Of a DNA stretch of 32,000 nt, positions 25,703 through 32,000 are shown in pieces (positions within the stretch are counted from its first letter, which is position 1; every line of letters begins with the position of its first letter). The notes beneath the pieces were generated by a model, which did not search any database, was not told the origin of the DNA, and saw only the letters and a list, made by a program, of their open reading frames with translations. Both the position numbers and the translations under genes were made by a program. Source of the stretch: Candidatus Borrarchaeota archaeon. GTDB taxonomy: Archaea; Asgardarchaeota; Sifarchaeia; Borrarchaeales; Borrarchaeaceae. The stretch is taken from positions 1-32,000 of the forward strand of contig JAEOSO010000004.1 of assembly GCA_016840315.1 (NCBI GenBank), read 5' to 3'.

Positions 25703-26851
25703 TCATCTAAACGGTCTTCGATCTCGGCGTAATCTCAACAGAGATGATGATTGCCCGACTCTGTTAAGTAATTGCGCATAGATCAGCTCCAATTCATATT
25801 CCCCTATCTTGGCTCTCGCATCAGCTTCAATCAGTACAGATGGAATACTATACGCTGCATGATGCCTTGAAAGTGAATAGAGAACAGAAGATACTCTGTA
25901 TGCAGTTTTAGGGGGTTCAACATGTTCTGGGTTAAGAAATTCAATACGAGTTGGTTGATCGTATTCTACTGATTTTAGGTAGAACGCAAAGAGTGTATCA
26001 CGAAATTGTGCAGAAATCCGCGATTGCGATTTTTTAGTATTTGATGATAAAAGTCTATAGACAGCAGATCGTTCACCAGACTCTAAAACACGATATAATA
26101 AATCAGTATCTTTTATCTGCTTAATTATGCCTCTGTAATCGACTTGTAACAATTCAAATAATTCGGGATACTTTTTTATTAGAGAAGGCAGAATTTCACC
26201 TAAGATTTGGGTAAACCGTGTTGATCTACTGTCCTCCACACATCCCACTAATAACGTGCCGCGGTCGCGCGCTTTTTCGTAGAGTTTTTCATAAAATCTC
26301 GCCAGGAGTTCTCCTCTTGCAGCAATAGTGGATGTGGCGAATATATCGTATTGGGGATAGATCGATCCATCCATAATAAGTGTATCAATTTTAGCATAAT
26401 CCAAAACCCCAATAGCTGTTTTTACCTCTTCAATTGCGCGTTCTAAACTGGATGAGGTTTCAATCTCTGTACGAGAGACTGGTATGTAATTAACGAGTAC
26501 GTTCAGCGGCGGGACATCCGCTGGATAATATCTGACAACTGGTTTATCTTGAGTGATTTGGAACAGCACAGCAACTGCCTTTGTGAGAATGATGTCTATC
26601 GCGTGGTAGGAGCGAGAAACCACGCCGCCATCTATTCCCGCAATTCTAAGACCAGTTAAACTCGTAGGATTTACTTTTTTTACTAATTTTCTCTCAACAA
26701 TCCCGTCTTTTTTAAGTTTTGGAAAAGCATCCAAGTCAATCTGATCTAGTCCTCCCCTGAGGAGCATGCTAAACATTTCTTTATCGCGCTCAAGTTGTTT
26801 AAGCCTTCTTACAATCTCGCCAAGTTCATTATGAAGCGACTTGATATACAT
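25703..26851 (-). CDS. nurA: NurA-domain nuclease
   Basis: IAGIDGGV and LIMDGSIYPQ acidic motifs, GCVEDSRS. Size and tight pairing with herA fit NurA. Confidence 0.8.
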   Translation of the reverse strand: MYIKSLHNELGEIVRRLKQLERDKEMFSMLLRGGLDQIDLDAFPKLKKDGIVERKLVKKVNPTSLTGLRIAGIDGGVVSRSYHAIDIILTKAVAVLFQITQDKPVVRYYPADVPPLNVLVNYIPVSRTEIETSSSLERAIEEVKTAIGVLDYAKIDTLIMDGSIYPQYDIFATSTIAARGELLARFYEKLYEKARDRGTLLVGCVEDSRSTRFTQILGEILPSLIKKYPELFELLQVDYRGIIKQIKDTDLLYRVLESGERSAVYRLLSSNTKKSQSRISAQFRDTLFAFYLKSVEYDQPTRIEFLNPEHVEPPKTAYRVSSVLYSLSRHHAAYSIPSVLIEADARAKIGEYELELIYAQLLNRVGQSSSLLRLRRDRRPFR

Positions 26852-26950
26852 CTTCTTTTTCCCTTTATGAAATTTTGTATTGCAAGTCCTTTCTTCTTCT
26901 TACACCCTAAGATGCTATATTTGGAATGAAAAGTGGAATTCACTTAATAT

Positions 26951-28624
26951 TCATTCGTTGGCATTCATTCTGATTGTAGATCTCTCAAGTGCATGTTTTA
27001 TGAAGGCAAAATACAAAGGATTTGGTCTGTTTGGTCGAGAGGTGTACTCAGGATGAAACTGTACTCCCACGCAAAACGGATGGGCATCAATTTCGATTGC
27101 ATTGACGATTTTGCCGGTTTCATCATAAGCACTGGTAATGAAGCCTTTCTCTTTCATCTGGCCTGTATATTCCTCAATTATGTGATATCTATGACGAAAA
27201 CGTTCGTGAATAACGGATTGATGATATGAATCCCAGAGTTTTGTTCCTTCTTGAATAATGATCTTGTGTGAACCAAGTCGCATAGTTCCTCCTTTTTCCT
27301 GGATCATTTTTTGCTCAGGAAGGAAATCTATAACCGGTACTTGCGTTTCGGCATCAACTTCAGTTGTATGTGCCTCTTTCCAACCCATCACATTTCGAGC
27401 GAACGCAACAGTAAGAAGTTGGGCACCAAAGCAGATACCAAGATAAGGTATGTTTTTTTGAATGGCATAGCTAGCAGTTTGAATCATGCCTTCAACGCCT
27501 CTTGATCCAAAGCCTGGTGTGAGGAGACAGCCGTCGCACGAATCCAACATGCTAATTTTTTCAGGGTTTTCTTCGATTGCCTCCGTATCGATCCAATTGA
27601 TGTTTACTTTTGCATCCAAATGCGCTCCCGCGTCTTGCAATGCAGCGTTTATACTAACATAACTATCAATTATGCTCGTATATTTTCCAGGCATAGCAAT
27701 ATTGATAGTACGTTTGGCGTTCTTAAAGAGATTTACCATTTCAGTCCAGTCCTCTGTGGCGGGTTTACAATCATAGGATAACTGAAGTAAAGAGCATAGA
27801 TAATTTCCCATATTTTGTTGTTCAAAATAAAGTGGAAGGTCATAAATTGGGCTGAGATCAGGATTACTTATCACTGCTTTTTCAGGAACACTGCAATATA
27901 AACTAATTTTACGTTTGATCTCTTTAGATAGTGATTCTCTTGCTCTTCCAACAATAACATCTGGCTGAAGCCCCATTCCCTGAAGAGTGCGTACTGAGTG
28001 TTGGGTAGGCTTTGATTTTAATTGACCGACTGATTCCAAATAAGGAATAAGCGTTACATGGACTAAACAAGTATCCTGCTTTGGAAGTTCAAGGCGCAAC
28101 TGACGAATCGCCTCAAGAAATGGCATCGCTTCAATATCACCAACTGTACCGCCAATTTCAATGAGCAATACGTCGGGATCTTCTTTATTTGCGATGTTTC
28201 TAATACGAGATTTTACCTCATCTGTAATATGGGGCACTATCTGAATTGTACGACCAAGAAACTTTCCAACGCGTTCATGAACAATCACAGAAAGATAAAT
28301 TTGACCGCTAGTGATATTATGAGATGGATGAGCAGGATGATCTAAGAATCGTTCATACGTCCCAAAATCCTGATCTAACTCAGCAATTCTGTATAAAAAA
28401 TCTGGGGCTGGACTAAAATCCCATACCTCATCCGTAATAAAAACTTCACCGTGTTCAATAGGATTAAGTGTACCTGGATCAACATTTAAGTATGGATCAA
28501 TTTTAATAACGTCTACATGGAATCCACGAAATTGTAATAACTTTCCGATTGCAGAAGTGGTAACTCCCTTACCCAATCCGCTTAATACGCCACCTGTGAC
28601 AAAACATAGCCTGGTCATTGTCAT
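26951..28624 (-). CDS. pyrG: CTP synthase
   Basis: FVTGGVLSGLGKG, KIDPYLNVDPGT, GATase Cys GICFGAQL, HRYH, QFHPE. Confidence 0.95.
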   Translation of the reverse strand: MTMTRLCFVTGGVLSGLGKGVTTSAIGKLLQFRGFHVDVIKIDPYLNVDPGTLNPIEHGEVFITDEVWDFSPAPDFLYRIAELDQDFGTYERFLDHPAHPSHNITSGQIYLSVIVHERVGKFLGRTIQIVPHITDEVKSRIRNIANKEDPDVLLIEIGGTVGDIEAMPFLEAIRQLRLELPKQDTCLVHVTLIPYLESVGQLKSKPTQHSVRTLQGMGLQPDVIVGRARESLSKEIKRKISLYCSVPEKAVISNPDLSPIYDLPLYFEQQNMGNYLCSLLQLSYDCKPATEDWTEMVNLFKNAKRTINIAMPGKYTSIIDSYVSINAALQDAGAHLDAKVNINWIDTEAIEENPEKISMLDSCDGCLLTPGFGSRGVEGMIQTASYAIQKNIPYLGICFGAQLLTVAFARNVMGWKEAHTTEVDAETQVPVIDFLPEQKMIQEKGGTMRLGSHKIIIQEGTKLWDSYHQSVIHERFRHRYHIIEEYTGQMKEKGFITSAYDETGKIVNAIEIDAHPFCVGVQFHPEYTSRPNRPNPLYFAFIKHALERSTIRMNANE

Positions 28625-28841
28625 ACCACATTTAGACTACTAGAAAATAGTCAAAATTTAATATATACACAACAAAAGGAAGTCTAAAGTAAAGTGAAAA
28701 ATGAGTTAAAGTTTTTCTATCTGATATTTGTTCCCAATATTCGAGGAGCATATTTAGTATTCAATACTTGGAATTAAAAGGATTTCTGTTTAGTAACTAA
28801 TCTTTCCAAAAATCTTAAGATCGAAGTAGACCGCAAACAAA

Positions 28842-29097
28842 ATGGATTTAATCTATAAGAAACAACAAAATTCTATGAAAATTGGACTTTTAGGAATTCC
28901 GTTAGATTTAGGTGCAAATGTACAGGGAAGCAGAGAAGGTCCTGACAGGATAAGAGAATTCCTAATACCTCTCTTGGAGAAAAAAGAGATCACTTACCAA
29001 GATTTTGGAAATGTTTTATTAGAGTTTTGAAAGGAAAAGAGACCCTGATGGCCGGACAGGGAAATTTGCAGCCGAGCTAATCTCATTCTTTCTTTGA
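28842..29097 (+). pseudogene. Arginase/agmatinase (ureohydrolase) family gene remnant: N-terminal ~50 codons, a frameshifted ~25-codon continuation, rest deleted
   Basis: MKIGLLGIPLDLGANVQGSREGPDRIREFLIPLLEKKEITYQDFGNV aligns by eye with arginase N-termini (e.g. VIGMPMDLG..RRGVDMGPSAIR...VEDLGD). There is no GGDHS or later metal motif before the opposing gene at 29127. Confidence 0.7.
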
Positions 29098-29126
29098 TTT
29101 TATAGTTTCTGGATAATGAACTGACA

Positions 29127-29879
29127 TCATTCTTGAGACGCTATTAGAAATGGTAGCGCTCTTTTCAGAGATTGTGATACTGGAATTGCTATAATGCCAC
29201 CAATTGTCATTTGACCAATATTGAAGGGAATCTCAACAAAGGCGGCAGTCCCGAAACCCAAGAGCCAGTATTCTGCAACGAAATACCCGATAACCATGCA
29301 ACTTCCCCCTATAAGGATGGAAAAGGTTAACCACGCCACTTCGGGACTTGTTCTCAGCCCACCTACGACGATCAATGCTGCACTTACGCAACCAAGCACT
29401 ACCCACACAATTGGTATCGGGTTTATTTCAAAGAACTGATAGCTAGCAAGGAATCCAATACCAATTTGCCAAGGGGTAGAATAGAACAATAATCCCACAA
29501 GGATAATAATTACTCCTACGACAAGGCCAGTAAGACTAATGAAAACGGTCCATCGGGTGTTTGTCTTTTTAGGCGGTATAAGGGAGTTACTAATAAGTCC
29601 AACAACAAATCCTTCCGCTCCCTTTGTGACAAGAGTAATTGGTGCAAACACACCATATCCCAATATAAGGTCTGCTAGCGCCGAGCCAACACCTCCACTA
29701 AATGCGCCGATAATTGGACCAAAAAGTATCGCTGAGATATAGACGGCAGAATCACCGAGATTGAAGAACCCTTGTGTTTGAGGGATTGAAATTTGGAATA
29801 CAAGTGTTGTAATGCACACCAGTGCAGTCATAATAGCCGTAATGGCTAACGAAAGTGAAGGCGGATAATTTTGCAGCAA
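29127..29879 (-). CDS. ECF-transporter S-component-like integral membrane protein
   Basis: 7-8 hydrophobic segments. NLGDSAVYISAILFGPIIGAFSGGVGSALADLILGY and ITLVTKGAEGFVVG resemble ECF substrate-capture subunits. TTG start. No EcfA/EcfT genes in the window. Confidence 0.65.
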   Translation of the reverse strand: MLQNYPPSLSLAITAIMTALVCITTLVFQISIPQTQGFFNLGDSAVYISAILFGPIIGAFSGGVGSALADLILGYGVFAPITLVTKGAEGFVVGLISNSLIPPKKTNTRWTVFISLTGLVVGVIIILVGLLFYSTPWQIGIGFLASYQFFEINPIPIVWVVLGCVSAALIVVGGLRTSPEVAWLTFSILIGGSCMVIGYFVAEYWLLGFGTAAFVEIPFNIGQMTIGGIIAIPVSQSLKRALPFLIASQE

Positions 29880-30007
29880 TCTTGACTTGTCTATCAGTCT
29901 TATCTCCTTCTATCTTAGTTTGTAAGTTCCCCATAAAACTCTTTAACTCTTTAAGACACATGTTTTTTAAATTTAACTCTGTGTTGACTTGAAAGGATGT
30001 TAAGAAA

Positions 30008-30550
30008 ATGGAAAGCCAGTTGATTGACAAATCTATTAAGAGGCTACAGTTTTCATTCGAGGAAAGACCAGTTCCAGTTAAAATCTTGAAGGATACCAAC
30101 GGCTTTCTTGAAAGGGTGCTCAAGCTTACTTTAAAGAAAGGACAAGAAAAAAATGTACCGTTATGGATTGCTACTGAATTAGTTAAGCAAGGTTACGCGA
30201 AATTGAAGGAAAGTTTTATCGAACTTTCTGAATTGCATCGTGTTTTGAAAAAAGAGGAAGAAGCGCATGCATTACAACCAATTGACGAAAATTTTTACTT
30301 AAAGATACGAGAACACCTGAGAATTTTTAAAAAAGTAGAAAGTCCAACCGCACAGCAGTCCTTTGAAAAAATAGAAGCACTTTTGAGAGACATTCTCTCT
30401 ATGCGTTTATTTAAAATATTGAAAATAGCCTCCCAAACAAAAAACACACGAAACTTTGCAGAATATATGACTGCCGAGGAAAAAATCCTTTTTAAGAAAT
30501 TAAGTTCTTTGTTTACACAATGGAAAGACAAACTATTCGCTCTTGAGTAA
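30008..30550 (+). CDS. GINS-family replication protein (Gins23-like domain order: N-terminal beta domain, C-terminal helical domain)
   Basis: VPVKILKDTNGF...KGQEKNVPLWIATELVKQGYAKL, followed by LQPIDENFYLKIREHL...LRDILSMRLFKILKIA. Adjacent to mcm, as in some archaea. Assigned by motif memory only. Confidence 0.55.
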   Translation: MESQLIDKSIKRLQFSFEERPVPVKILKDTNGFLERVLKLTLKKGQEKNVPLWIATELVKQGYAKLKESFIELSELHRVLKKEEEAHALQPIDENFYLKIREHLRIFKKVESPTAQQSFEKIEALLRDILSMRLFKILKIASQTKNTRNFAEYMTAEEKILFKKLSSLFTQWKDKLFALE

Positions 30551-30849
30551 AGAAGCCTAGATAGATTTGAAATTTCTTCAAATCCAACCATCTCCTCTCA
30601 AGAACCAAATATCTGTTTAACTGAACTTAATATTGGTTAAAAGATAACATTTTTAGAAGAATGCACTTTATATTGTTTCTGAAACATAATATATTGTTGC
30701 ATGTAGCTTTCTATTTAAAAATGTCCTTTAGATCTATTAAATCAACAATTTAACGACTCTAGATTCTCCTTTGTGAAGAAAAACCCGATATTATGTTCAA
30801 ATGCGTTATGTTTCATCCTTGAATTTACAGAATGTAAGTGTGGGGAAAA

Positions 30850-32000
30850 ATGTCAGACGTCTCCGAAGAATATATTGAGCAATTTGAAACGTTCTTTAAG
30901 GAATTTCGGGATGATGCAGGATTGTTTAAGTTGAGAGACCGCATTGAACGGATGCCTCTCGAAGAAATTAGATCATTAATCATCGATTTTAATGATGTGC
31001 GCGTATTTGATCCCTCTCTTGCCGAACTAGTAGAAGATAATCCCGAACAATTCATTAACGCCGCATCTACCGCTGTAAAAAATGTGATGAAAGTTGTTGA
31101 TCCTGATTACTATAAAAAGGTAGATCGGTTTCATGCACGTTTTCGCAATCCTCCTGAAAAACTGGCCCTCAGAAAAATTAGATCCGTACATATCGGTAAA
31201 TTTGTACAAGTGGAAGGCATTCTAACACGAGCTTCAGAAGTCAAACCTCTGCTTATAAAGGCAATGTTTTTATGCACAAAATGCGGTTACCTCTACGAAA
31301 TACCTCAGGATAAGGGATACACCGAACCCAATATCTGTGAAAACCAAAGTTGTAGAAAAAAAGGTCCATTTAAACTTTTGATGGAAGAATCGACCTTTAC
31401 AGATTGGCAAAAGATAAGAATACAAGAAATGCCGGAAGAACTCCCACCAGGACAGTTACCTCGCAATTTAGATGTGATTATAAGAGATGATCTGGTTGAT
31501 ATCGCTAGACCTGGCGATCGAGTTGGAATAATTGGCGTCCTTCGTTCCGTACCAGATTTTACAAAGGGCAGATTAAAAACCCCCACCTTTTCAGTATATT
31601 TAGCTTCGAATAACATTGACGTATTCGAAAAAGGGCTTGGAAAAATCGAAATAAGTCCCGAAGAAGAACAAGAAATATTTAATCTAGCCACAGATGTATG
31701 GATTCATCAGAAGTTGATACGTTCTATCGCGCCCTCAATTTATGGCTATGAAAACATTAAGGAGGCTATTGCGCTTTTACTTTTTGGCGGTACAAGTAAG
31801 GTACTACCAGATGGAATGAAAATTCGCGGCGAATCGAATATTCTACTAGTAGGAGATCCTGGAACTGCTAAGAGCCAAATGTTGCAGTATGTCGCTCGAA
31901 TAGCACCAAGAGCCCTTTATACGTCGGGTAAGGGGTCAACAGCAGCTGGTCTTACCGCAGCTGTAATGAGAGATTCTGACACAGGAGAGATGACACTTGA
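30850..32000 (+). CDS. mcm: MCM replicative helicase (5' partial; runs off the window)
   Basis: Open frame from ATG 30850 with no stop, so it is absent from the ORF track. N-terminal domain with C4 zinc motif CTKCGYLYE...CENQSCRKK, OB-fold region IRIQEMPEELPPGQLPR, and Walker A ILLVGDPGTAKSQ. Confidence 0.95.
   Translation, partial: MSDVSEEYIEQFETFFKEFRDDAGLFKLRDRIERMPLEEIRSLIIDFNDVRVFDPSLAELVEDNPEQFINAASTAVKNVMKVVDPDYYKKVDRFHARFRNPPEKLALRKIRSVHIGKFVQVEGILTRASEVKPLLIKAMFLCTKCGYLYEIPQDKGYTEPNICENQSCRKKGPFKLLMEESTFTDWQKIRIQEMPEELPPGQLPRNLDVIIRDDLVDIARPGDRVGIIGVLRSVPDFTKGRLKTPTFSVYLASNNIDVFEKGLGKIEISPEEEQEIFNLATDVWIHQKLIRSIAPSIYGYENIKEAIALLLFGGTSKVLPDGMKIRGESNILLVGDPGTAKSQMLQYVARIAPRALYTSGKGSTAAGLTAAVMRDSDTGEMTL

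Noticed and set aside
29041-29062. Small GC-rich hairpin CCCTG-atggccgga-CAGGG with a TGATGG next to it, as a possible ncRNA
   Set aside because: The stem is only 5 bp, and the sequence lies inside the frameshifted arginase remnant. It is best explained as residual coding sequence.
29752-30123. 123-aa minus-strand ORF
   Set aside because: It overlaps the 5' ends of both the ECF-like gene and the GINS-like gene and has no motifs. It spans a divergent promoter region.
30577-30585. TTCAAATCC resembling a tRNA T-loop
   Set aside because: No T-stem, acceptor stem or anticodon arm can be built. The sequence is the 3' arm of the hairpin after the GINS stop.
30551-30849. Replication origin next to mcm
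   Set aside because: There are no repeated ORB or mini-ORB elements and no orc1/cdc6 gene in the window. AT-richness alone is not evidence in an AT-rich genome.
30825-31691. Three minus-strand ORFs (30825..31055, 31027..31209, 31305..31691)
   Set aside because: All lie antisense within the MCM coding frame, which is missing from the ORF track only because it has no stop inside the window.
1-32000. CRISPR arrays, IS elements, integrases, prophage or defence islands
   Set aside because: There are no spaced identical repeats, no transposase or integrase ORFs, and no tRNA attachment sites. Gene content is almost entirely housekeeping.

Overview
AT-rich archaeal chromosomal core region on both strands, with no CRISPR array, tRNA/rRNA gene or recognisable mobile element. 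Lineage cannot be fixed from sequence alone. Many genes carry GGTGA/GAGGT Shine-Dalgarno motifs, and TTG/GTG starts are frequent. Left third: a TIM-barrel-like ORF, a HEAT-repeat gene split by one in-frame TAA, then a ribosomal-protein operon (uL22-uS3-uL29-Rpp29-uS17-uL14-uL24-eS4-uL5-uS14-uS8-uL6). The operon stops abruptly after uL6 and is followed by an inverted uS19. Middle: phosphohexomutase, SRP54, Pus10, a class II aldolase, three small conserved-unknown genes (UPF0147-like, UPF0148-like Zn ribbon, PRC barrel), a GT4 glycosyltransferase, and a type IA topoisomerase with amplified zinc ribbons and a translationally coupled small membrane protein. Right third: an Sm protein with an (EET)n tail, a SAM methyltransferase, a 701-aa COG2433/DUF460-type double RNase-H-fold coiled-coil protein, Rio2, ArsR, a nurA-herA operon, pyrG, an arginase-family gene remnant, an ECF S-component-like membrane protein, a GINS-like gene and the 5' part of MCM. 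I found no clear novel multi-gene system. The most checkable oddities are: (1) uS3, whose conserved N-terminus has no in-frame canonical start and sits behind a G6A5 run; (2) the nonsense-split HEAT gene; (3) the rearranged r-protein cluster; (4) the topA-membrane protein coupling; (5) the uncharacterised COG2433-like protein; (6) a direct repeat copying the UPF0147 5' end to its 3' flank.
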